A stretch of 64,000 nt of DNA from Lama guanicoe (lineage: Eukaryota). Below are positions 25,014 through 36,951 of the stretch, in pieces. The stretch lies in NCBI GenBank assembly GCA_013239625.1, contig MU056000.1, positions 10,489,175-10,553,174 of the forward strand. Reading direction: 5' to 3'. Below the pieces are notes generated by a model. It worked only from the letters and a program-made list of their open reading frames with translations, did no database searches and was not told where the DNA came from. A program made the translations under genes and the position numbers. Position 1 is the stretch's first letter. Each line of letters opens with the position of its first letter.

Positions 25014-25208
25014 GTTGAAATGTTCCTTCTCGCCTACGCGGTGCGCCACACCATCCAGGTGTACCGGCTCTCCAAGTACGGCACTGAGGAGTTCCTCACC
25101 ATCTACCCCACCGACCCACCCAGGGACTGGCCAGTGGTGACCCTGATCGCCGAGGATGATCGGCACTACAACATCCCCGTCCGAGTGTGTGAGGAGACGA
25201 GTCTGTGA
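25014..25208 (+). CDS. OTULIN: OTULIN last coding exon 7 (195 bp to TGA); catalytic His/Asn (25164-25172) and C-terminal PDZ-binding ETSL
   Basis: ctgcag|GTT GAA ATG... translates to [22 protein letters not shown]...[21 protein letters not shown] at 25206-25208. Confidence 0.98.
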   Translation, partial: VEMFLLAYAVRHTIQVYRLSKYGTEEFLTIYPTDPPRDWPVVTLIAEDDRHYNIPVRVCEETSL

Positions 25209-28200
25209 GACACACTCAGACGGCCCGGCGATGCGGCCAAGGTGCGCGGGCAGCTCCTCGGCTCGGGCCTCGGGCCTGCGGGTCCCTGAGAATGACCTCA
25301 CAGGACACTTGGGCCCTGAGAGCCAAGCTGGACTGGGATTTCTGAAGAGTAGCTTTTAATAATAAGAATTAACTAAGTTTTCCCCCTCATCTGTGATGCA
25401 GTGTGTTTCAATGGAGAACTTCAGAGCACACCTGTTGAAAGGTGCAGACTGCATCTCCGAAAACAAACACTTTTGTATCAGAGGAGACTCATTTTGGAGA
25501 GGAATTTGTTCTTTATATCTCAAATCAAAAGCCTCTCTAATAGTAAGCTGGCTTTCAATTTTTTTTTTTAAAGATAGTAGTTGTTTGTTGTTTCGGTGGT
25601 AACGGGTCTGTGCCGCGCCCTTCTTCCTGTGCAGGCTCCTCACGTGGTAGAATTCTGGGCCAGTCATAACATCCTCCGATAGTCTCACTGACAGCGGTTT
25701 GGATTTACATATTGAAGCTATTCTAAGTGGATTATCTAATAGAAGATTAAGAACTGGGTCCAAAAGTGAGTTATTTAAAGGCTGGAGAAGTTGCTACTGG
25801 AGGAGGCAGTGGCACCAGGAAATCCTTGCTCTGCAGGAACATGACAGGCGCCTGAGGTGGCGGACACACCGGGTCTGGTGGCTGGTGAGGCAGTGCGTGG
25901 TCGGCGGGCCGGCGCTGCTTGTGGTTGGTTGATCTCTAGAGTCGGGGGCTGTTCGTTATTCTCCAGTTCCATAGAGTCACACTTTATAGTCAGAACAGGG
26001 CTCAGATCCACCTGCTTTTTTAGAGGAAGCCAAGGCCAGATGACTCAGGCACTCACCTGCGTTCAGAGATGGCGGTGAGCTGGATCCAGGTCTTTCTGTG
26101 CCCTGTTTTTTTTGAGCGTGCTTTTGTTGCCAAATTCATGTAACTCATCTGCTGGCAGGGGATGAGTAACAGCAGAGTGCCTAAGGTTTTTCATGAGTAA
26201 GTTTAAACAGAAGCATGTCCTCAAACCAAGTGCAAAAGCATGGCTGAGCTGTGTCTGCCCTTGATTTGGTTTGGGATGCCTGGGGGAGGCAGCGTTCCCA
26301 GCCGAGAGTGACTGTCTGCATGTTCATGAGCGAGGGTGGTGCCGGGGAGTGGGGCAGGGCAGCTGAGCTGAGCATGCTCTGCACTGGGGCCTGAATCGTG
26401 GGGCATGGACTGCGGACACTGTTCCCAGGAACCAGACAGGTCACTCTTCAGGACTGTATCAGCAGCACCTGAACTGGCTCAGTATTTGTGGAGGTGACGT
26501 TACCCTGAAGCACCGAGTTTTATCTTATAATAATTAAAATCTTCATTTGGTCCAATTTAATATAGTTTATAAGCTATCTGATCTGTTTTTAGCCCCCAGA
26601 GGGGCAAACCTTTTGTGCAAATGTAAGTTTTGCTTTCACTTAAAAATTAAAACTCTTGGTTGAGAAAACTCAGAGGACACATAAAACTATGCAGGCTGTT
26701 ACGTTAGTATTTTTCCCGTTACCTCATCAATAATAGTCACCACATCTTGGTAGGTACTTATTCATTAGAGTGTTTGGATCAAATTTTGCTCTAAATGTGT
26801 GTGAATGTGTTAGAGAGGCTTTGTTTTTTTACTGTGAAATGCAGTGGTGCCTGGAATAAAGAGGCACCCAGAAGCCAAATGAAAGTAATAATAATGACTT
26901 CTTGTTGACTTTGATGCTTCACTTTATGTAACTTCATTTTTATGTAACTTACAACAGGAAATGCCTCCCATTCATTCTTGAACTTTTTAAAAGCACGGCT
27001 TCAAATTTTTAGGTTGTATAAGGCAGTAGGGGTCTGTGTCCATCCAGCCGTTGGTTCATAACCACTGTTGAATTTAATAATACCAATGATCATCTGTCTT
27101 TGCATTTTGAGAAGGTTCTAATCTTAGTGAATTTGAACGGGGCTCTGGGCAGTTTGTTCACATTTCGTACTTTTTCCTTGCTCCTATGTATGATATAGGT
27201 AGTGTGTGTGCAGACATTGTGGTCTTTACCACCACACTGATGAAAACTCAAAGGGTCGTGTTTAAGTTGTTTCTGTCCAAGGCCTTATTAGACTGCTTTC
27301 AGAGTGTCATCCAGGCTTAGAGGGACTGCAGCATCAGAGAAGTAAAGCTTTCCAAGAAACAGTACTTCAGGAAATATAGATGAGTGGCCAACTTTAAACG
27401 TATTTTTTTGTTGCAACATGCAACCACAGTTGCCCTGAGTTTTAATTCCATTTCTCATACCTGGTCTTGGCCTGGTCAGGTGACATCAGCAGAATTGAAA
27501 TTGAATCGAGACCAAGATGGATTCAGAAGAATATTCTACTTAGAGGGATCTCTAAAATGATAAAGTTTTCTAGAAAAAGGAAGGTAGGAGGTACTACACT
27601 GTGCTTCCTTTCCATCCCAGAGTTTATTACAAGTGGTCAGCAGTTCGGACCCTTCGGTCTTGGCAGAAAGGTAATGTCTGCCTTACGCAGGCTTGATTTA
27701 GACCTTTGAGTTCATTGAACGTACATTAAGTCTAAAAGAATTTCCCTGCAACAAGTGCCATGGAATTAACACCACTCCTTCAGAACTTTTTCTGGTTTCC
27801 CTCCTTACCTGCTGAGCTACTTCTGTGTTTACAGCATCCACTGAGCTCACTCACACCCGGAACAGCGACGGCGGCGTCTGAGCACGAGAGGCCCGCGTGT
27901 GGTCCGTGACCCGTGATCTAGGCTCGGTGGGATTGGATCTGAAATGTCGGTTCATCTTGCTTGGAAGGCAGCACATCTGAAAATGGTTTAAATGCACAGA
28001 CCAGGATCCAGCCTGCTCTCTTCGTATGGCCACAGATACTTTGTGCTGTTGTGTGTGCAGTTAGTGATGGGTGAAAGTTTCCTTTGATCATGGAAAACAG
28101 ACCACTGCCTTTGTAGCCTTCTATTATTCTTTTTTCCTCCAATTCTGGAGCTTATCAGGTAAAATCTCAAGCCACGTGAATCTAACACCTCTGTCAGAAA

Positions 28201-30410
28201 ACACCTTTGTAGGTTTCTACATGCTTGTTTTGGTGATTGTCTGTTTTCCGAGGCTGTGTTATTCCTCCTGAGCTCTTCACTCCAAGGTGCTGTTTTACCC
28301 AAGAGTCCATGGTCTGCTTTTTGAAGAGCTTCCAGATAATGATGGTTGGGTGCTGTCTCACCTTTGGTGACCTGGCACTCCTACCATTGCACCTGGAGAC
28401 AGGACTCAAACCGACTTTCTGGCTTTGTCTTCTTTTTGGTGTTAAAATAAAGTTTGATTGCTTTCTCTTTCTTAAGCAAGACTTTGCAGATACACTCCCC
28501 CTCTGAAAGCCAGAAAATATTTTCCAAAGTATAAACCTCCAGGGAATCTTACTTGTAGGCATACATAAAAATACATAAATGCCTTTTTAAAAAGTTCTGT
28601 GACTACTTAAAAACAATAAAAAGGAAGCCCTCAATGTGTGTGAGGTGCTGAGTATGAAATGTACGTGAAAGTTGTAGAATCCCCAGAGTTGAGCAAAGGC
28701 AGGGCCCAAGTTCAAGTAATTTTAAAATCACCTGAGGAACCATAAGAAGTGAACTGAAGAAGGAATTGATTTTAGATTAAAAATGCCTTTTAGAAACAAA
28801 GCAACAGATGCCTGACAGACCTCCTTGGCTTAAGTTATAAAAGGCTAAAAATTTGAACCAATGGAAGGACTTCTGTGTGTGGCTACAAATTCCTTTTTCT
28901 AAAGTTTAGGTCCCTGTTGAACAGAAGTAGAATATGTAATGCTTGACTCTTGGGCAACCACCTTGGTGATCTCTTCTGAGAGGCTGGGGAGACCAGGGAG
29001 CCAGGGCTGAGTTAGGTAGTGAGAAAAGACACAGGCAACTGACGGTTAATACTTGTGTGATCCAGTTAATAACTTGGAGCCATGAAAAGCACAAAACTAA
29101 AGTGGTTTGGCTGCCCCTGCCCGGGTAGCAGTAGCGATAGGAAGAAAGTAGGCTCGGCCGTGACTAGAAGTGGGTGTGTGTGTATGAACGTGTCTGCTTG
29201 CTGGTGTGCAGTTACACCGTGACACTCTGTTGTGTGCCAGGCCTCACAGCCTGAGACCCAGTCACATTTGGGAGGGTGATGGGAGCTGTCCCATTTGCAG
29301 TTTTTTTCGTTGTAAGTTGAAATTTATTACTGGGACTGGTGGGATGGGTTAGTAGGTATTACTAACCTGTACAGAGTGGTCATTAAGCCTGGAAATAATA
29401 GGTTAATTGTATCGAAGTATCATAGCAATAAACCATTTATTATGTTCTCTCTGTTCCCAAGCCTTATGGCCACGTGTATATTTCAATATTTTGTAAGCTC
29501 ATGAATAGCTCATTAATAGGGCTCATTAATAGTAAGGGAGAGCGTCGACTAGAGTTTTATCTCATTCTTGTCGATTCCTTGGGTGTAGGTGTGGGTCAGG
29601 AATGAAGTCGCCAGAACACAGGTCATCCAGGGAAAGGATACAGGACTGGAAATAACCACAGCCTTGGCAGTCATTTTCCCAGTAACCGGGGGTGGTTGAG
29701 CTTAATTCTGAGCTTCAAAATAAATTTTTTGTACTTAATTTTAATAGCTTCTATGTAATGAAAAAATGCCTTGATTTATATTCTCATAAATGGTGCTAAA
29801 ATACGGTACCCGTTACAGGAGCCAGAGCAATGCATGGTAATGTGGGAATTTTGAGGACTTTGATATGAGAACAAAGCCAAAATGAATGTATTTAATGAGC
29901 TCCCGTCCCGTTTTCATTGTCTGTAGAAATGTTTTGGTACCATTACCTGCATCTCAGCAGCTTCTAACTCTCTTGTGAATTGGGAGAGGATGACGACCCA
30001 CCTTCTGCCTGTGGTAGTGGTGTCCCCTCCCTGTCGGCCGGGCTGTGAAGGGAGGACAGCCGGGAACGCGGTGTGAACCTGGCCCCACTCGTCTTGGCTT
30101 GTTTAGCAGAGTGTCCTGTTTACACTGTAAAATGTCAGCGTTTGTCAAAAACTTCGCCTGCTCTGCAAACCGTGCCCCCAGGGCTCCTGTCAGTTTGGGG
30201 TCTTGCTTCCCACCTGCACCCTCGGCCAGACACCTGGCCCCGGGGCGTGAGTTCCCCGGGTGAGGTGTTGAGTCTTCGTCTTCATGGTCAGAGGCAGAGC
30301 CAACTCAGGTTTTGCTGTTGGTCACCTACAGCAAACCCAGCCGCTGAGGACTGTAAAAATAATAACTAAAAATAAACTGAGATAATAAAAGCTCAGAAGC
30401 CTGATTGTGT
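25209..30410 (+). other. OTULIN: OTULIN 3' UTR (distal end inferred)
   Basis: Follows the stop codon; several AATAAA (26855, 28446, 28615, 29427, 29719, 30371, 30384). The true end is not determinable from sequence alone. Confidence 0.55.
30371..30389 (+). terminator. Candidate distal OTULIN polyadenylation signal (tandem AATAAA)
   Basis: AATAAA at 30371-30376 and 30384-30389 followed by GT-rich tgattgtgttgctctggtt. Confidence 0.5.
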
Positions 30411-32109
30411 TGCTCTGGTTAAATGCCTGACTTTGAGGACTTGGGAGATTTTGGTTCAGTGCATTAACTTTCCAGCACCCCCAAGACAGGCCTGTAATGG
30501 TGTTGGACCCACGTAAAGTGATCCCCCCAAATTAGGTGTGTGGTTCTGGGCTTGGGTCTGGATTCAGTAGCAGCCCGGTCACGGCCACTCGCCACTCGGA
30601 TGAGCTCAGGCCAGTCACTCCGCTTCCCGACAACTCAGTCCTCGTCTCCACCACCAGCTGTCCCTAGTGGGGGTCAGGGTGGGGGCGAAGTGAGACGCCA
30701 GCACGTAACAAGGCTTCGAGGAAGATCCCCTGGGCCTGCAAGGTGGGGCTGCGGCCATGGTCCACACCAGCCTTGCCATGTGCTTGCTGAGCAGAGGCCC
30801 GCGGCGTGCTCAGTGCTCCCAAGTGTTCGAGAACCAACCAGACTATGGAAGCGCCCCCAGAAGTGTGATAGCGTTGCATATGAATCAGACTGCCCCTGAA
30901 AGATGTTAATGACCTGGAGAAGGAGGAGACAGTGGGCTTTCAAAGGTATTCTTGGGGTTACAGCAAGAAGTTTGAGCCAGCAGTGAGCTGCCCTCCTGTG
31001 AGTTGAAGAACTGAGTCTTGGCAATATGGGGCTGGGCTTCTGAAAACCCCCCTGCTGAGGGGCCAGGCATCCGGAGGGCAGCGCCGGGCTGGTGGCGGGC
31101 AGCCGAGGGATGACCTGTGCTAGCCAGCCGCAGTGAGCTGGTGCCTGCCTTCATGGCCTAGTTGGACTGGGTGAGTAAACAGAATGTCTGCTACAAATAC
31201 ACTTGCCCATCGTCTTGTCTGCGCTCGGTGCTCTCCTCAGTTCCCAGGGCAGCGTTTCTGGCATTTCTCCTCCATGGTGAGTCTAGAGGAAGCCAGGGAT
31301 CCCGGGTGTGGGTCCTCAGGAAGCCCTTAGGATCAAATGATCAAGAGAAGACAAGCCATGTTACATGTGTGTAAATGAGACTGTTTATACAGTACATTCC
31401 CACCTCCCATCGCTGTCTTGCTGGAAATCTGAGCATTTTTTTCTGTGGGTTCCTCAGTTGTTTGTCTTCCCTCCTCACTCCTACCCCTGTCTCATCTGGG
31501 CTCTGTGTGAGTGGCCTGGTAATGACCTTCTGACCTGCTGGGTCTGGCGGGTTCATTCCAGACTTTGGGCCCCCAGCACAGCCCCGGGGGCAAAGCCGAT
31601 TCGGCCCTTGGGTGGAAGAGCCTGGGGTGGCGCTCCCCGCCAGCTCCCTAGGGCTGAGTGAGGACTTTTTTTGCTCCTCCCTCCAGTTTGGGATCTTGCT
31701 TCCCACCTGCACCCTCGGCCGGACCCTGCAGCCTGGCCCTGTGACCTCTCACCAGATGGCTGAAGGGTCTGGTGACAGTGGTGTGACTACCCTTCATTCT
31801 CTGTTACAATTTAGAAAATGTATTAAAGCCAAGTACAGTGTCTTCCAGTACCCCGTAGTGCCGCCTCCCCAGATGGAGACCCGGAATGCACTTTATGGAA
31901 GGTGAAGAGCTGTCAGGCTGTGCTGTGCCCCTCGTTCCGGAGATGGCACTCCTTGGGATGGCGGAAAGAATGCAGAGGAGGTAAAAAGCAAACACGCCGT
32001 GGAAGTTGTTGATACTCTGGAGGCCACATCCTAATTGTACAAGGTGGTGAGAAACTGTGATGCACTTTAAGGTTTAAAAAAAAAACCTTCAGAAAATATT
32101 ACATACTTA

Positions 32110-32830
32110 CCACCACTGAGTACTTCCAGCTTTCTCAATTATAAGCAGTGCTGTAAGGCACCTCCTCGTTCATGAATCTTCTCACACATCTCCAGACTGA
32201 CCACGTTTAAGGCTCTTGATACGTACTTCCAACCTTCCCTCCAAAAAGCTGCAGGAAGTTCTCCTTCACCAGCAGGTACTGCAGGGCCTGCTCCATTGTC
32301 CCCTGGGTGACACTAGGGATAATTTAATTTTAAGCTTTGACCACCTGGCAAGAAAAAGAGTTTGGAAAGGAAGAAAGATGTGTAGTTTTAAATGGCTTTT
32401 GATTCTAGTAGTAGGTGGGGAGCATTTATCCTCAGTGCTCTGGGTTTGGTGGTATCTCTTTCCTGCATGGCCTTTTCATGGTCTTTGCCCCTGACTTTAG
32501 CCTCTTTCCCTTGTTGAGGGTAAACTTGAAGCATCCTGCCAGATTGTCCTCTGAAGAGGTACCACTGAGTGGCGACATTTCCCTGGGAAATGAGCAGGAG
32601 GGCCAGTTTCGCTAGGCTCTTGCCAGTGCTGAGCTCTGCCAAACTTTGGTCTTTGCTGAGTTGATAGCTGGACTTTCAGTTTGCATTCCTTCACTTGCAC
32701 AAGGCGAGGCCTGTTTTCCTTGGGAGAAGCCATTCGTGGGTCATTTTCTGGGAACCATCTGCTCACTTCCTTTACACATCTGTTACTACAGTGTCTAACT
32801 AGACCGTTGTATGTGAGAATGCTTTTGGTT
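32110..32830 (-). mobile_element. Old L1ME-like fragment
   Basis: ttccagctttctcaattataagcagtgctgt...ccctccaaaaagctgca...ccaccagcag-type antisense L1 motifs. Confidence 0.5.
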
Positions 32831-34145
32831 TTTCCATCTGTATTTTACAGGGAGATGATCCCTTTTGGTGGCAAAGGCGAGTGACAAGGACTGGCTTGGG
32901 TGATCTTAGCTCATGGAGAGCATGACCATAGTGATAAGAGGGGGTTGGAGATGAGAAGGATGTGGGGAAGAAGGTGATTGTGCAGGTCACCTGGGGTCAG
33001 AGTGTGTTGGGGGGCAGAAGGTGTGAAGGCCTTCATTGATTCACCAGAGTGTCTGTTCTGGGCAGGCAAGGTGCCAACATCAGGGCTGTGAGGAGAGCTG
33101 GCCCAGCCCTCCCCTCCCCTTCCCCCTGGCCCTCCCAGGCCCTCTCTACACCTCCGCATGTTGGGCCTCACATGCGTTTGTGACAGATGAGCTGAACCCG
33201 GGGTGAAACCGCTGATCAGTCACTGCCCCATCCGGAGCAGGAGGAAGGGTGGAGGGTGGAAGATCTTTCTCCTGACAGTTGCTGATGTACACAAGCCTGG
33301 CTCCCTGGGCCTGCCCGGCGCTCAGCTCTCATTCTGTCGTTCTCACATGGGTGCTTCCAGGGATCTGGAGACCTCTGCCCGCAGCTCGGCAGTTTCTGTG
33401 AAGTGGCTGATGGTCTCACCCTGGCCCACCACTTCCTCCTTTGCAGCTCCAAGAATCCAGTGTTATTACCCCCAGGTTCTTCTGAGCCCCACTCACCCCC
33501 TAGGGATGTAAGACAAACCCCAGGTCAGCTTGTTTATCTGTGTGGCCCGGGCCTGATTCATGGGAAAGACCTCTGCCCTGACAAACGTGGTGTGTGTCAC
33601 CACCCTGGTGTCCCCTCTTGTGACTCTCCCGTCAAATTTGACAGAGGAGTCAGACACCTGTCCACCAAGTGCCCACCACTGTAGGAGCCCATTTCAAGCT
33701 CTCTGGGTGTCTCCTGAAGAACCCTGTCATTAGGTTTAAGGCATCGAGGGACCCCACCCCAACCCCACACACATGTACACACTCCCCGCAAGGAGGAGAC
33801 AGGCTTGGTGTAGCTCTGCAGCAAAGAAACCATCTCTACAAATTCTCTTTTAGAAATATCTACTCTTGGTCCTTTGATTCCCTCAGCGTGGGTGAGGTGT
33901 GAAAGAGCGCACAGGTTCTGGAATGGGGCGAGGCATTAAGACGCTTGGAGCAGGAGCCTGGGGCACCGCCAGGAATCCCTGTTGTATGTCGCTGCTTCTC
34001 ATTGGGTGTTTGCATCCTCCCTCCAGCTGGGCCCTTGTTTACTACATGTGGCCCTGACTCAGCCTGGTGCCCACCTGTGTAAGTGCAGAGTCCTCCTTGC
34101 AGCAGCCCAGTGCCTGGAGAGGAAGGGCCAGCCTGGAAGAGCAGG

Positions 34146-34472
34146 GTGAGGTGTGGGGTGGGAGGAGGCGGACAGGCTGCTGGGAACGGTTGTGCAGGCT
34201 GTGCACTGCAAAGCTCTAGGTGTCATTCACATCATGGTCCAGGAGGACACATGAGCTTGGGAAGGAGAACCATTCTGGAGGCTTTTTTGGCATCTAGGCC
34301 TTAGGTGACCAGGAGCACCTGAACTAAACCAGTGGGACAAAAGAGGGTGCAGAGGGAGGGAGAGAAGTGAGATGCTGGGAGCGAGAACTGACAAGGTCAG
34401 TGACTTGACTGAGGGAGAGGTGGCACATGGCGTAGGTTGGTGTCCGGGCGGGTGCTAATGTGACTCATCTAG
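34146..34472 (+). repeat. Copy 1 of ~330-bp diverged direct repeat (begins with a MER91-like fragment)
   Basis: Shares the 31-nt identical core ctgggaacggttgtgcaggctgtgcactgca (34180-34210) with 35870-35900; homology continues ~250 bp further. Confidence 0.85.
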
Positions 34473-35842
34473 ACAGGAGACGGCTGGAGGGGGGTGGAAG
34501 TCTGCGGGGGGCAGGGCTTAAGGCTGAGATGTTGGGAGGTGACTGGACTGCAGTTCTGGAACAAGTCAGGGCAGGAAAAACAGCCCTGGGGATCCCCAGT
34601 GTATATTTGGAATTGAAAACAGGCCCAGATTAGGTCACTCAGAAGCATGTAAACTAGGTTCCCAACTAAGGTGGGAGCAGGCCTGGGGTAGTGGGGGCAG
34701 GTGGAGTCTTTTTTAAAGAAGGTAGAATTAAATAGCAACACAGCTGTAGGGTGAGGAAGGCCACTGGAATCTGGGCAGTGGCAGCATTTGGGGGAAAGGC
34801 TGAAAGAAGAACAGCGCTGAGCTGGGACACGGTGCTGCCAGGCACCGGGGAGAAATCCCTTTTTGACTCCATCATGCGTGAACATGGGAGCATCTCTCCT
34901 AACAGGGCCTCGGGGGCTGACCACAGCAGGCTTTCCTCAGCTACTTGTCTTTAGAGCAAGAGAGCCTGGTACACGAGTCAGAGGAAAGAATTCTAGGTGT
35001 GTGTTATAATGTGAAGTTTGATAATAATTATTCTATTTGTTCATTCTCTTTTGGTCTTTGGATCCAAAGGTTCTGAACCCAAAATTAGACTGGCCTTTGT
35101 TTTGTTTTGTAAAAGCTCTAGTAGTTTTTCTTTGCTGAAAGGAGACCGGCGGTAGAGTTGGTAGCTGGGGTGCTCCCAAGCTGCCTGGGAGCCTGGCGGA
35201 CGTGCACCCCCACCTTTGTGCACTGCTGTTGACGGCTCTGCAAATCCTGACGTCGCAGCGGAGGGGAGCTAGAAAAGATTTTGTTCTAGAGCAGAGGAGG
35301 CAGATCCAGAGGCATCCGATAACCTGCCTGGCTCACAGCTAATAAGAAGCAGAGATAGAATGAGGACTCACGGCTGCTGACTTTTTTCCTTTTGTGCAAA
35401 GACCAGTGTGTTGAACTGTGAAATTAGCATGGTATTTACTGGCTTGCATTGTCCAGTAAGAAGCCTGGAGCTTGCTGGGGGCATATGAGAACATAAACAA
35501 TGCCAATATGCCCTTCACCCCAGCATTGCCTTTAAAAGTGTTGAAAAGGAAAACTTAGAACAGGGCTTAGTTTTCTCCTTGATATTAACCTAAAAACCCA
35601 TTCAGTTGTATCTATGAATGTATTTAAACTGCTTACCGCAAGGGGAAGCCTTTCAGTAGTTTACCACCATTGTATAAGGTGTGGATGTGGGTGGTTTAGG
35701 ACAATTCATAAATAGGCAGAGTAGAGACAGGTGTTTCAAAACCATGAACCAGCTTGTGGTTTACTTTAACATCCTCTTGATTAAAAGCCCTCAGTCCTCA
35801 GAAATGAAGACTAATATGAACACTGAAAGTCCTCTGCAATGT

Positions 35843-36164
35843 GTGAGGTAGGGGGCAGTGGGCAGGCCACTGGGAACGGTTGTGCAGGCTGTGCACTGCA
35901 GAACTCTAGGAGGTGTCATTTGCATCGTTGTCCAGGGGGACACATGAGCCTGGAGAAGGGAAACTGTTTTGGAGGCTTCGGTAGCATCCAGGCCCTAGGT
36001 GAACAGGAGCCCCGGAGCTAAGCCAGTGGGAATACAGAAGATGCAGAGGGAGGGATGGAAGTGAGAGAAACTAGAGGGGAGGACTGATGAGGGTTAGTGT
36101 GACAGTGAGGGATGGGTGTGTCACGGAGGAGGTTTCTGGGAGGATGAGCTTGTGATTCATCTGG
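35843..36164 (+). repeat. Copy 2 of ~330-bp diverged direct repeat
   Basis: Colinear similarity to 34146-34472, offset 1690 bp. Confidence 0.85.
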
Positions 36165-36945
36165 GGTGGCAGGAGAAAGTGTGGGGAGGGTGCAGGTTTG
36201 CTGACAATGTCTGGGCCAGCACAGCTCCACACCCTACCTCACAGCCAAGCAGGAAGACCTCTAAGACTTCAAAACCATGTGGTATTAGAGGCAGTAAGAG
36301 GGCAGCATGGCAGAGGTAGTACTGCCACTGGCATTTTAACTCAGACATGTCCTGAAGCAGGAAAGCAAACACGCAGTGCGAAGCAGGTCAGTAGCATGCT
36401 TATATCCTTGCTGATTTCAGATACGTAAAAAAACACATTCTCTATATAATCTCTCATAGGGGTTTAAAAAAAATGAGAGCCATCATTCTTTGAGGTCAAG
36501 ACATTACAGTTGGAAAAAAAGTAATGCTTTTCACATAAAGACTGATAAGAGCAAGTCTCTCAGATGTGGGCAGGTGGGGTTTTACATGCTGTTCCTCTTA
36601 CTTTCCTAAAGCCAGGCTGTCTGGTATCTCCATTCTAGAAGCAGTGGGGAGAAGCTGGGCCTCAGAGAAGAACTTTCAGTATTACTATAGTTGTGGGAAG
36701 TAAAAATCCATTTTAATACAGAATAAAATTTGAAGAAATGGCTCATGTTTAAATAAGACAGGGAGTTTGGGGAAATATCCCAGTGGCTAGAGGTTTTAGC
36801 TACCAAGGCAAAGGGGGAAATTTTAACGTCTCATGTACGTTTGACAAAAAAGGGGAAATTATAGTCAGAATTAGGAAACCATATAATTTAGGGCATGTAA
36901 ACAGACCAATGGTTAGAACAAGAAAATCAAGAAACTAAAAACAAT

Positions 36946-36951
36946 TTTAAT
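36946..36951 (-). terminator. Candidate distal ANKH polyadenylation signal (ATTAAA)
   Basis: Minus strand reads ATTAAAATTGTTTTTAGTTTCTTGATTTTCTTGTT: variant hexamer plus U/GU-rich downstream element. Confidence 0.45.
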
